The translations under genes were made by a program, and so were the position numbers. Below, piece after piece: positions 50,679 to 64,000 of a stretch of 64,000 nucleotides of DNA (its first letter is position 1; every line of letters starts with the position of its first letter). Source of the stretch: Octopus sinensis (Eukaryota); NCBI RefSeq assembly GCF_006345805.1, contig NC_043001.1:90334001-90398000 (forward strand), given 5' to 3'. A model generated the notes under the pieces. The model searched no databases, was not told the origin of the DNA, and saw only the letters and a list, made by a program, of their open reading frames with translations.

Positions 50679-52230
50679 CTATCTTAAAATGCTCTAATAT
50701 CTATACGGCCTTGTTTTTTATATCTCATTACGCAAAAACTTCATATATATATATATATATATATAGGATAAAATTTTCGAAAAAATTTATCAATGGCCAG
50801 CATATTAAAAAAATACCTTTAACGGTTGAATTTATAAAGTTGTTTATATATATATATATATATACACACAAATTAAATGAAAGAGTTATAAATACTAACC
50901 CGGCTTTCTCTCCGTATCATTTGTCAGTATCTGTTATATCAGTGCACAATTTCAGAAGGTTCCTGTTGTCACAGCAACCTAGGAATGTGTATCTCGTTAA
51001 CATATAAAATGCATTGTTTGTCTGATTTATCTCTGAAGGAACCCGACAACCGAATTTTATAATAATTCCTATTCGGAGGTCCCGAAAAACAGTGACCTTT
51101 CTTGAAATGAAGGTCAACGTTACTTGGGCATCAGTTGTTATTGTTGTGTCGCTTAATTCCAGTTCAGCCCAGTACATCAGGGGTTCTAAACAAAGAAGAG
51201 AAATTCCAAGACCATACCGCTTTTTTTTTGTTGACATAGGATTGCTTAGCTCCAGATCAACGAAGGAGGGGCAGACTTATTATCAAGCGGTTTCTATCCA
51301 TGAAGACATTATTCAATGTGTTCTACAGCATTTTTGAAGACGGTAGAATGTGATTTTAAGTTAAATTTTGCTTGCGTTTCAAACAAGTCAAATGTAGACG
51401 TTGATCCTCCTTCGTTGTGGGTTGATTGGATCGATGCATGAAAATCAATGTTGGCGTTCTTCCAACAGGATTTGAACTACAGCCCGAGACTGATAGAAAT
51501 CGATGTTGAAAAGAAATGTATTCTGTTGTTCTATTCGTATCAGAGACGTTTCAACGACCTTGCAACAGTTTCTACAGGTAAATTACAGATTATTTGAGAG
51601 ATTGATGGCCTAGTACCAAAACCAAAGCAGCAAATAAATAAATAAAAATTTTAAAAAACAACAGAAAAATATTAAAAGACAAACCCTTATTAGTCCTAGT
51701 TCTATTTTGTTACATATGTAAGTTACTGCAAATGTCAAACTAATGTATTTTTAAATGATGTTTACACTTGATTATATATTCTGTCCTTTTTTTCTATTTA
51801 TTATGGTTAAACTTAAGTATTGTAAATGTCACGATTGTAATAGAAATGGTAATGAAATCTATTTAACTTTGTATTTTTTTTTTTACTTATTTTAAACTAA
51901 AACAATACAAAAAGATTTGGTCATGTATATAAATATATGTTATATAGGATAAGCATTATATAGTGGTAGGGTCGTGTGCTTGTAGATGTTTGTATGTATG
52001 CATGCATAGCTAAAGTATACGTCAGCTTCTAACTTACATACAGAGTGTGTCACAAATGCCAAAAAATTCTTAGGTTTCTATTCCGATGAGCTTGACGTAC
52101 TTATTCCCTTGTCAGAAATTAAACGGATGTCAAGTGAAAATAGAAGAAATAGATGGAAAGGCAAATTATATATCCGATATAAATTGACAAAATTTTGCAA
52201 AATTTTTATGTATAAACACACACAAACACA

Positions 52231-52309
<79 letters not shown>

Positions 52310-52762
52310 ATTTTTGCTTTTCCATCTTATATTTCGCATACTTTTCAAGTAGGCTTTTAATGTTGTTCTAACTATGTCATTCAGCGAATCTTCTTGTGAA
52401 AGCTATTCTCCTCAGCCCCAAATTGGTCATTGGGAAACATTGAACCGTTTAAAATTCCTACTTACACAGTAACTAGACTGCTTTGAATTCTCTTGATCTT
52501 AGAGGTAGTAGTATCATTTAAAGGAATGCTATGACAGAATGTTAAGAAGATCCAGAGTTCGATTCCACTACATGGAGTCTTGGGCAAATTTCATTTTATG
52601 TAGCCTAGAATCGAGCCAGGCCTTCTGAATAAAAATGAACCAACAAAAATCATAGAAACCCGACAGGTGGACAGTAACTGAAATTCAAATGGTACAACCT
52701 TATATACTCTGTGTGATATATATATACATACATACATACATATATACATACACACATACATA

Positions 52763-52798
<36 letters not shown>

Positions 52799-53131
52799 TG
52801 TATGTATGTATGTATGTATGTATGTATGTATGTATGTATGTATTATATAAATATATATACGTTTATACATATACATACATATATATACACATATATACAT
52901 ATATATATAAATATATATATGTATGTACATACATATACATACATACTTAAACACACACACACACACGTATATAAATATATGAGAAAATTAAAAAAGTAAA
53001 AAAGAAAATTCTGCACACTAGGCATAACAGTAATGGATGTTTTTTTATAAAAAACAAAGATATATAGATGCAAATAAACGATTTAAGGTGGAATTAAGAA
53101 GTATAAAAATCATTATCATGAGTCAATATAG

Positions 53132-53170
53132 AAAGTCAAACCGGTTTCGTCATCACTGTTCACTGACTTT
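53132..53170 (-). ncRNA. 39-nt minimal type-I hammerhead with a G3-C8 covariant core
   Basis: aaagtca GTGAACA gt-gatg-ac GAAA ccgg TT tgacttt. Stem I is 7 bp and perfect, G10.1-C11.1 is present, and stem III is palindromic (CCGG). Confidence 0.72.
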
Positions 53171-54474
53171 GAATCCACACCGATTTCCAAACGGTGTTGG
53201 GTCTAATAGTATATGAGTGAAAAGATTGCATGCAAGGGAAGTAAGCAGTTCTGAAAGTGATGTAATTAGGTTAATATGATTAGTGTGATGAGTGTGAATA
53301 AGTGCTCAACAAGAGGAACATAAGTACCAACGTCCCATGCGGCTGGCTTGATAATTGCTAAGATTTTTCTCACCATGAAACCTATGGTAGCCTTGTAAAC
53401 CCACAAATAAAATCTGTGCGTGTGTGTGTGAGTGAGTAAGTGTATGTGTGTATGCGTCTGTGTATGGTGAGTGATATGTACATGTGTATATATGCATGCA
53501 TGCATTTATATGTGTGTGAATATATATGCGTTTGTTTGTGTACACCAGCCAAAGAGAAATGCTAGAAATTCTAACCACTTTTCCTTCAAACCACACCTTA
53601 CTCTCTTAGAAAGGAAGGACATGATGAATTATGCCTCTTTCGATGTACTTTCCTTGGGAAGAAATCCAATATCCTCGGCTTGAAGGGCATTGATTATAGA
53701 TCCAGTCAATCACAGTATGACCTGGAATTGAACTGGGATAGACACAACAACCTCTTCATTACTACCATTCATACTATATTTATTTTAGCCTTTTATCCGC
53801 GTGTATGTCGACGCCTCTGTATAAGTGTGTAAACTGTGCAAATGCCTATATGCGCGTACGATTGCGTATATATAACTTGGACCTACTTAAAAATGATTCT
53901 CCGCCATCTTTCCAATCCGAACGATATATCACTTTTTTTTTATCTTCTTTCGTTTTATTATTTCCTCGTGTAGGAGATTCTTCCCACGTAACGAAGATCC
54001 GCACTACGATCTATGATGTCATAAGAAACCTCTTTTACTTTCCTTTCCTTCTTCTTTTCTTCCTTTCCTTCTCTATTCTTTCATGTCTCCTTTTTATCCT
54101 TTCCTTCTCTTTGCTTTTTCTTTCTACCATTCTGCAAGATAAATCGATGCACAGTTTCTAATGTCTGCAATTTTGTTATTTACTGCCTCGAGGGATGCTT
54201 CGTTTGGAACGTGCAATGTCTTTGTAATTGGTTGCTTCTGCCATGAACATCAACAATAAATGACACGCACGCACACGTGCACACACACACACACATACAC
54301 ACACACACACGCACATACATACATACATACATACATACATACATACATACATACATACATACATACGTACGTACGTACGTACATACATACATAGATACAT
54401 ACATACATACTCACGCCGATTATATGTGAGTGTATGTATGTGCGTGTGTACTTATAAATATACATTTAACTATA

Positions 54475-54520
<46 letters not shown>

Positions 54521-54645
54521 TTAAACAATGCTTCTGTTTTAGATTTATATATTTATTTAATAATCCGACTTAGTTTATCTGTTAAATATATACTGAGAGG
54601 GTAACACCAGATTCGCTCCTTTTATATTACTGGTACTTTATTGCT

Positions 54646-55110
54646 GTGGAGGCGCAATGGCCCAGTGGTTAGGGCAGCGGACTCGCGGTCGTAGGATCGC
54701 GGTTTCAATTCCCAGACCGGGCATTGTGAGTGTTTTTTGAGCGAAAACACCTAAGGCTCTGGCAGGGGGTGGTGGTGAACCCTGCTGTAGTCTTTCACCA
54801 AAACTTTCTCTCACTCTCTCTTCCTGTTTCTGTTGTACTTGTATTTCAAAGGGCCAGCCTTGTCACACTCTGTATCGCGCTGAATCTCCCCGAGAATTAC
54901 TTTAAGGGTGCATGGAATGCTCAAGCCACTTGCACGTTAATAATTGAACTGCGACGTCACTAGTGCCAAGCTGTATCGGCCCCTTTGCCTTTCCCTTGCA
55001 TAACGTCGATCGTGGGCGACTGCTGGTCTTCTATAAACAATCTTGCCCAGACTTGTGCCTCGGAGGGTAACTTTCTAGGTGCAATCCCATGGTCATTCAT
55101 GGCTGAAGGA
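54646..55110 (+). mobile_element. Chimeric SINE: D head, type-3 middle, family A tail
   Basis: Switches near 54950 from sequence shared with 49153-49330 to sequence shared with 70-260 and 10586-10750. Confidence 0.75.
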
Positions 55111-55325
55111 GATCACAACAACTTTATTGCTACCTCACTATGCATGATCCTTGACGAAGTTTCATTAGGGTATCATTCAGAGCATGATCTCCATAAACGC
55201 AAAATGATTCTATAAGGTTAAGACCATCCCATCTTTCCACATATCAGAGACTCACTACTTAACAGAACTTTCGTTATTTAAATAGATAAAGAACAGTAGA
55301 TTTATAAAACTGTTAGCTCCTTACT

Positions 55326-56290
55326 TTCTGAGTTCAAATTCCACTGAGGTCGACTTTGCCTATCATCCTTTCGGAGTCAATATAATAAGTATCAGTTGAG
55401 CACTGGGGTTAATGTAATCGTCTAACCCTCTCCTGCTAAATTTGCTGGCCTTGTGTCAAGATTTGAAATCATTATTGAGGACAACAAAGACGGTGAGTTG
55501 GCTGAACCCTTAGCACGCCGGGCCAAACTACTAGCAACGTTTCGTCAGTCTCTACATTCTGGATTCAAGTTCCTCTGAGGTCGGCTTTGCCTTTCATTCT
55601 TCTAGAGTTGATCAAATAAGTACCTGTTCAGTACTGGCGTTTGGATATTATTCATCCTCCCCTAAAAAACTGCTAACGCTGCGCCAAAATTTGAAAGCAT
55701 CATGTAGGACCAGAAAGCTGGGTGCTAATAGAATCATTGGCACATCGAACAAAATGCTTAACGTAATTTCTTTGGGCTCTTTATGTGCTGAATTCAAATT
55801 TCCCCGAGGTCAATTTTGCCTTTCAATCTTTCAAGGTGTATAAAATGAGTAGCAGTCACATATTGGTGCCGATGTAATCAACTTACCCACTCCTCCTAAA
55901 ATTGCTGGCCTTGAGCCAAATTTTGAATCCATTATTTAAAACGACAAAGATTGATTGAATCGTTAGCGCTTCTGAATTTGAAGTCAATAAAATAAAGTAT
56001 CGATTAAGTACTGTTATAAACTACCCCACCCACTTCGTATCAAAAAATTGTTGGCATTGTGCCAAAATTAGAAAATATTATTGAAGACGGCAAAGGACAG
56101 TGGTCTAGCAGAATCATCATAGCGTCTCATTTATCCCGGCTCATTATGTTCTGAGTTCAAATCCCGTCTGGGCTAACCTTGCCTTTCATCCTTTCCCAGT
56201 CGATAAAATAAAGAAGCAATCGAGTACAGAGGTTGATGGAATTCATTCGTCTCCTCCTTTCAGAAAATTACAAGCATTTCAGAAAATATT
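55326..56290 (+). mobile_element. Array of 5-6 diverged SINE family B copies
   Basis: Recurring CTGAGTTCAAAT..GAGGTC..TTTGCCTTTCA and AAAATTTGAAA..ATT at ~190-230-bp spacing. Confidence 0.8.
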
Positions 56291-57721
56291 TAAGACGTCA
56301 GAGTATGATATGATATAAATTTGGTTCTTATTTTTAAAAAGACGTGCAGGGACGAAGAAAGATTCTCTTTTCTGATATAATATGAAGCCAGAACATTACC
56401 AGGATGTTATCAATGAATCCCCTCTCAAATAGTAGATGCAAATACAATAGAATCACAAGCATGGAAGGTAATGAAACTGATTGCTTTTCGTTCTGTTTCC
56501 CGGCGCTCTACATCGAAGCCATCTTCCATTTTCATGACTCCAAAATCGATACACATAAACTGGGATCTATTCAAGCGACGACAACGATCTCGATAAAATG
56601 TATGGTTTTTCATGTCCATGAAAGAAATCGATGTTTTGTACTTTTATAAACTGTAGTAGTGTTTACGTTCGGATATTTTGTACACCCAACTCCTCATTTC
56701 TAGGTTAAATCCTTCTGGATTTGACCTTTCTTTTGATCTCTCTCTTTTAAAATTAGCATAAAAAAGCATTTATTATTGACTGGAGTTAATTCAATAGGCT
56801 CTAATGTTGATGTTTAGTTGGTTCTTGCTTAAAGAAATATTCTTTTCGTTATAAGGGCCATTACAATTGCTGTCTCAAATAGTACATTGGCTTATGTTGT
56901 TGTTATGTAGATAGCAATCAGCTTTATGATTAAAAGCAATTCCAACCGTGAGCATCTATTGTATTTAGGTTTTATATATACTGGATTATATTATTATCTT
57001 ATGTATCCTTCTTAAAAACCGTTGTAATTCTGAGGGAGATTTGGATATTATCTCTACCAAATCAATCCATCACTGGATTTTTATTGTTGTTGCTGATGCA
57101 ACTGATAGTGATAGGTGTGGTGGAGGTGGTGGTGGTGGTTATTGTTATCGTCGTTGTTGTCGAAGAGGGGATGATGATGATGATGATGATGATGATTTTT
57201 GTTGAGGGTTGGGGGTTTTTACTGTTGTTGCTGGTGGTGGTTTTCGTTGTCTCCGTTATGGCTTGGCAGATGTTTTGCTGTCGCCTCTACCATTTATTAT
57301 AAATATATGTGGTTGATACAGCTGTTGTTGAGAGGTGCATTATGGCCTAAAGGATAAGAAATACATTTCCTAACCACGAGATCTCGGATTCAATCCCGCT
57401 GCATGACATCTTGGCCGTCCTTCATTTTAATTGCCTCAGGTCAACGCAATAACATGAGAGTGAAAGTGAGTAAACGGAAACTGTATAGAAGCCAGTCAGT
57501 TGGATTGTACTCATCACAGCTCAGCATTATCACACACTGTCACGTTGATTCTGCCCGAGAATTACACTGAGAATATACATGTTTTTCGAATGCACGATCA
57601 ATTATATGTTAATTCACGGGCAGCTAATCGAACAACTGAGTCCTTATCGTCGAATGAAAGGGAATCCTCCACCACCATTACTATTGCAGTTACTACTGTT
57701 GCTGTTACTGTTGAACGAAAT

Positions 57722-58070
57722 GGTCTTCGTCCCAGTGGGAGAAGCCCGGAACGTGGTACTTTGCTATTCGTAAGACCCGTAGAAGAGAAAGCAGGTCAAC
57801 CCCCAACACCGAGAGCATCGACGGATGGACGAATGCACATCCAGGCCCAGCGGTTGTGTAGGAAGTCGGGGACAAGAAACAGGAAGACAGAGTGAGAGAA
57901 AGTTGGAGCGAAAGAGTACAACAGGGGTCACCACCACCCCCTGCCGGAGCCTCGTGGAGCTTTAGGTGTTTTCGCTCAATAAACACACACGACGCCTGGT
58001 CTGGGAATCGAAGCCGCGATCCTCCGACCACGAGTCCGCTGCCCTAACCACTGGGCCATTGCGCCTTCAC
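57722..58070 (-). mobile_element. SINE family D head with tail type 4
   Basis: D head at 58070; its tail is not shared with the other D copies. Confidence 0.8.
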
Positions 58071-58624
58071 TGTTGCTACAGTTATCGTTTGCTTGTAATT
58101 ACTGTCGCCTACCTTGATGTTGGCTTGACTATTTTCGTTGTTCCTAGTTTATGATGTCGCATTTGTCGACGTTGTTGTTCTTACTGCTAACGCCAGTAGC
58201 TATATACACTTCTGTAGCTGTCACTCACGTTGCCACTGCGGTCGCTGTTGTTAATTTGTTGTTGTTGTAAATATATTCAACCTTGCGAATGTTGCCACTG
58301 TTGCTAATTTTGCTACTGGTGTTGTTATTAGTGTTACACTTATCACCGCTGTCGCCACCACAACCGCTACCCTGATTCAATGTAGTTGTTGATTGTGATC
58401 GTGCTGTTGCTGGTGGTGGTGGTGGTGGTGGTGCGGTGGTGGTGGTGTTGTGGTGGTGGTGGTGTGGTGGTGATGCAGTACTTTTATTATTGTCACTTTA
58501 TTTATTTATTTATTGTTATTGCAGAAAAATCGAAACTTTGTCAATTGATTAAGCTGATTAAGCGCGACCACAAAATATTCGTCTTAAAGCCGCGAGGCAA
58601 TTTCTAATGCTTAAATGCATGTGT

Positions 58625-59122
58625 ATATGTGAGTATACATACATACACACACACACACACATACATACATACATACATACATACATACATACATACATAC
58701 ATACATACATACATACATACATGCATACATATGTATATATATATATACATACATACATGCATACATATGTATATATATATACATACATACATGCAGACAT
58801 ATTTATATATATATATACATACATACATACATACATACATGCATACATATGTATGTATATATATATATATGTGTGTGTGTGTATGTATGCATCATACATT
58901 CATACATATAGGACTATGTATGTGTGTGTATGTGTATATATGTATGTTCACTTATGTGTAGATACATATATAGATACACACATACATACATACATACATA
59001 CATACATGCATACATACATACATAATGCATATATGCATGCACGCATACATACATGCATACATACATACATACATACATACATACATACATACATACATAC
59101 ATACATACACACACACACATAC
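58625..59122. repeat. (CATA)n/(TA)n microsatellite field
   Basis: Directly visible. Similar fields at 2085-2280, 5013-5250, 19500-19710, 20137-20406, 60700-61095 and 62110-62307. Confidence 0.95.
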
Positions 59123-60742
59123 ATAATGAACGCAGGAATGGCCAATTAAGCTAAGTCCGCTGCGCAGTCGAATGGTCCTAGATTCAATACCATTATGTGG
59201 AATGTTATACAAGTGTCTTTAATCATAGCCCCGACTTGACCAAAACCGTGTTGGCGAAGTTGCCACTTATATTATTGAGAAGAGAGATCTAGACAGTCCG
59301 CTTCTTGGACATTAGTTTTAAACCTGATGTCAGTCATAAATCTTTTTCTATATAAATGTTTTATATATTCATGAAAATGTGACTAATCATAAATATAATT
59401 AGGGACTAGTAATTGGTATCAGTAAGAGGAACACACATCTATACTTATATAGAGATATCTTCGATATCTTCTATAAGGAGGAATCTTCTCTCTGATCGGA
59501 ATTAAGGACGGTAAATTGACCTAGTTTAAACCTATCTCTGTTTAACTTATATATCACCAAGAATTCTGCATTTCCAAAGAAAGGTGTTTTTAGGAGGGGG
59601 TTATCTCATTTAAGAATATCCCGAGCGATTAAACTGCAGAGAACTAACCACCAATGACTGCAAGAAAATTCACGTATATTCATCTCTTCAGTTTCTGTAC
59701 CAAGAAATATTTCCTCTCTGTCTCATTCACCTGAGATCTGGTAAAGCACCACTCAGTATAAACATAGAGCATCCTTGGCAAGGCATTTCACTGCCCTCCC
59801 GGAGTGCACAGATGTTGTTTACGTCCTTGCGATAAATTTCACATATTGCAATAGTCTACTGTTCCTCTCATCAAGAAAACTGAACTATCATTTCGCTAAC
59901 ACAAACAAGATCACCTGTTAGTTAATTTTAAGTCATTGGCTCTTAACATCATTCCAAATCCTTGACTCCATATAAAATCATGCTGTATCCCTTAACAGCG
60001 AACCTAATCTGTCATGTTTTACCAACCGAAGAGTCTCTCTACTAGCTAATTGCAAATAATATTAACTCTACTAGCTAATTGCAAATAATATTAACTGCTA
60101 ATATTATTCCACAAACAAACCTGAAATTTTCAGTTACCCTGGCATTTCTAACCAAACCAAAGAGACCGCTCGTACCCATCGAGCCATAGTTGCATCCAAT
60201 TCAACTGTAGATTACAGCCATCGAGATACTTATTTTATCCATGTGATCTGAATCAACAAATGGATATTGAATGAAATTTAATATCCAATGACAATCAGCC
60301 GTATCTAGAAATTGCAGACATCCTATTACTGAGAATTAAGCATCCAAACGATGTGAATATGCTTTTTCCTTCTGTGAAACCTCATGTAATGCAAACCTGA
60401 GTAGAGCTATAAATACAAGTGTGTCCTTATGTATATATGCACGTATAATGGAATGATAAAAGAAAAGTAATTAACAAAAATTGTTTTACGCCTACAGTCT
60501 GTCTCTGATAAATTTCCTCTGTATCTCCAAATCAGTTGCCAAACAGCAGGTATTCGGCATGATAATTTTAGGTACTTATTAGAGCTGATACAAAAATTGA
60601 ACATAACAGTTTGGTGTATCTTTAATTGTCTAAAATGACTCTTCCATCTCAGGTCATTTCATTTGCTAAACAAGTGCACAATAAATACTCATATCTACTA
60701 ATATATATATATACACTACTACTAATATTAATATATATATAT

Positions 60743-60777
<35 letters not shown>

Positions 60778-60807
60778 ATATATGTATATATATAGATAGA
60801 TAGATAA

Positions 60808-60852
<45 letters not shown>

Positions 60853-61042
60853 AATAATTACATATATACATGTACATATGTGTGTATATATATAGATAGA
60901 TAGATACATACATACATACATACATACATACATACATAGATAGATAGATAGATAGATTGACAGATAGAAACATATATATAATATATATATATATATATGC
61001 ACACAGAGGTACAGACACGCATATATATATAATATATATATA

Positions 61043-61093
<51 letters not shown>

Positions 61094-61807
61094 CATGTTT
61101 TAGAGGAGATTAACTGAATATGTCTGTGTTGCCGTGTGTTAATAATTATAATAATATATCCATGAGCGTATGCATATGTTGTTACGAGTGCGTATGTTAT
61201 AGTGTTACCTTACAAATAGCACATCAACCAAGAATTTAATTAAGATCTTTTACTAATGTCGCCCAGAGCATCTCCACCTAGAATACGTCTGCATTGGAGC
61301 AACGATGTTTACCTATTGGTCAAGGAGCTGCAGGCTGAAGTGCAAATATAATTAGCAATACTTGTAGATCAATTGAAAAGGCAAAGAGGCCATAGTGTGA
61401 AGGAGAGGCGTATTTGTGAGATAGCTAGAAAGACAGTTGGAAGTGCAACGTTATGGAAATTACGATATACATATATTCACGTTTACAATACACACGCAAA
61501 CACGCATACACACACATACATACATACATACCTATATACATGCATGCATAGTTATGTGCTACGTACATATGTACGTACGTATGTACCTATGTGTATATAC
61601 ATATATATAAGGAGTAAATATTCAAAGGAATATTCATATAGATATTTAGTTGATGATTTAGCTCCTTTCTCGTGTGCCCTTTATATATATATATATATAA
61701 AATAAATTAATTAATATAAATTGATATAAATAAATATATAATAAATAAATTAATATAAATTAATATAAATAAATATATTCATATATATATGTGTGTGTGT
61801 GTTGTGT

Positions 61808-61849
<42 letters not shown>

Positions 61850-62126
61850 AAATGCATGTATCAATACATGTATGTAAGTAAAATTGCGATACCTTTAATA
61901 ATACAAAGAGAAAAGAGACAGTTAGACAGACGGACGAGAGAGCCTGAGAGACACAGCGAGAAGAGAATGTATGTGTGTGTGTTAGAAAGTGAAAGAAGAA
62001 TAAGAGTAAGAGAAAGAAAGCGAGAAAAAAGAGAGCTAATTTGTCAGAGAGGGGATTAAAGGCGGTCCTAGAAGAATAGTTAGAAAGACGGTCAGGAGAA
62101 AGGCATAGCAATATACATAGACAGTC

Positions 62127-62169
<43 letters not shown>

Positions 62170-62213
62170 GAAACAGGGAGACAGACAGACACACAGACAA
62201 GCAGACAGACAAT

Positions 62214-62308
<95 letters not shown>

Positions 62309-62344
62309 ACAGCTGGTAATTTGCAATAAAAAAAATCATATCTG

Positions 62345-62720
62345 AAGAGTTTTACTGAAAGAATTTTTAATCGACTGAATCGACACCAGTACTTACCTTT
62401 TACAGCCTGGTAAATTTACAGAGACGTAAACACACCACCACCGGTTGTCAAGCGGTAGCGGTGGGACAAACACAGACACAAAGACACACATAAGCGCACA
62501 CACGCACGCATACACACACGCACACACACACACACATGCACACACACAAACACACATTACTATATACGACAGCTTCTTTCAGTTTTCGTCTGCCGAATCC
62601 ACTCACAAGACTTTGTCAACTCGGAGCTATAGTAGAAGACATTGCTCAAGGTGCCACGCAGCGGGACTGAAGTCAGGACCATGTGGTTGAGAAGCAAGCT
62701 TCTTACCACACAGCCACGCC
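62345..62720 (-). mobile_element. SINE family C (tail, CA tract, head)
   Basis: Colinear with 10062-10497. Confidence 0.75.
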
Positions 62721-62774
<54 letters not shown>

Positions 62775-63351
62775 TAGACAGACAGACAGACAGATAGATA
62801 GATATAGATATAGATATACACACATATACATATATATATGCACACAGTGTGTGTATGTCTGTGTACTTGCGGATGCGCTCATGTACGTGCATGTGTCAAT
62901 ATACATATATAACATGTTTTTGTCGTTCCTCTGGATCTGTTATGTCTATTTTGCTTTCATGAAGAACAAATAATTATGAACAACAATGAATTAAGTATTT
63001 ATGACTAAGATATTTCTTCCACTAATGATTGCCTATGTAATGCATAAACCTTTGAAGACTCTAAATCTGGAGTCACACAATCATATTTATTTTACTGACT
63101 GTGGGTTATATTGTTTCCAATATAACTAGATGTTTAACTGAATTGTCATAATACTTTCTTTCATCACAGCACCTCGAATATATGGTAACGTCAACTTTGA
63201 TACAGGAATTAAAATAGTAATATTTATATAGTATTTAACTTAATATGTAAATATACCTAATGGCGGCGAGATGGCAGAATCGTTAGTATTTCACGTCCTG
63301 TAAGTCTTTAAATTTGTATGACGTCATATAATTTTGACGTCAACAATATCC

Positions 63352-63425
<74 letters not shown>

Positions 63426-63660
63426 ATACACACACATACACACACACACATATGTATATACAAACATACGTGTGTGTGTGTGTGCGTTAATACTCAGTAA
63501 ATATTAAGTAAATATTAAACTTATATGATCTGAGCATAATATCTTCACAGAGGGGAAATACATTTTGATGTTTTATACGTGTTTATGAATTCATTATGCA
63601 GACTCTTTTATAATGAATCCATAAATACATATAAAACATCCAAGAGTATATTTTGTTTTT

Positions 63661-63741
63661 ACCGCTGAAGATATTGTCAGGTCACAGAAATTTAATATTT
63701 ACTTAATATTTATTGAGTATTAATTGAAACAGCTGTAAGGG
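63661..63741 (+). ncRNA. Type-I hammerhead motif, core intact, stem I decayed
   Basis: accg CTGAAGA [54-nt AT-rich stem II] GAAA cagctg TA aggg. Same GAAACAGCTGTAAG block as 50663-50676. Confidence 0.5.
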
Positions 63742-64000
63742 ATTAATTTGGTGTTAATAATACACAATTATTAACTTCCCACTCTTCATTTTCTTTTTCT
63801 TATATATATATATAAGAGAAAAAGTCAGATAAGAGAAAAAAATCTATCAGAAAGGAACTCTATCCCTCTTTAAAAAATATCTTTTGATAAGCATAACAAA
63901 TGCGCAACCGGTAAAAAGAACTTTCACCTAATTAAATACACTCTCCCTTACTTAAATTATTTTGTCAGCATTTTCTTCATTTCCTTTATATATATATATC

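Noticed and set aside
59300-60300. Possible old CR1/L2 fragment; also a perfect 29-bp tandem duplication at 60037-60094
   Set aside because: Motif matches are marginal, and the duplication is an ordinary slippage event.

Overview
AT-rich, microsatellite-saturated eukaryotic DNA, intergenic or deep intronic. The tRNA-derived SINE families and repeat landscape look like an octopus (coleoid cephalopod) genome; this is inferred from repeat recognition, not from a search. No intact protein-coding gene can be supported. Most long ORFs in the track are translations of simple repeats. Recognisable content: decayed Penelope-like elements (PLEs; RT relics at ~2.9-4.5 kb and ~43.1-44.2 kb, weaker ones elsewhere), a CR1/L2-type LINE RT fragment, a near full-length dead mariner, an internally deleted Ty3/Gypsy element whose 5' LTR is split by a 1.8-kb ORF1-only LINE (17-bp TSD), a Merlin-like MITE (8-bp TSD), a Helentron/HINE-like element, and dozens of SINE copies including tandem arrays. 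The main signal, invisible to the ORF track, is a dense set of minimal type-I hammerhead ribozyme (HHR) motifs: about 11 good motifs plus several relics, from unrelated sequence families. Several sit inside long fold-back (palindromic) mini-elements inserted in (TA)n tracts, three of them adjacent at 17.6-19.1 kb. One 39-nt motif at 53132-53170 carries a swapped G3-C8 catalytic-core pair. All structures were folded by eye; no cleavage activity is shown.
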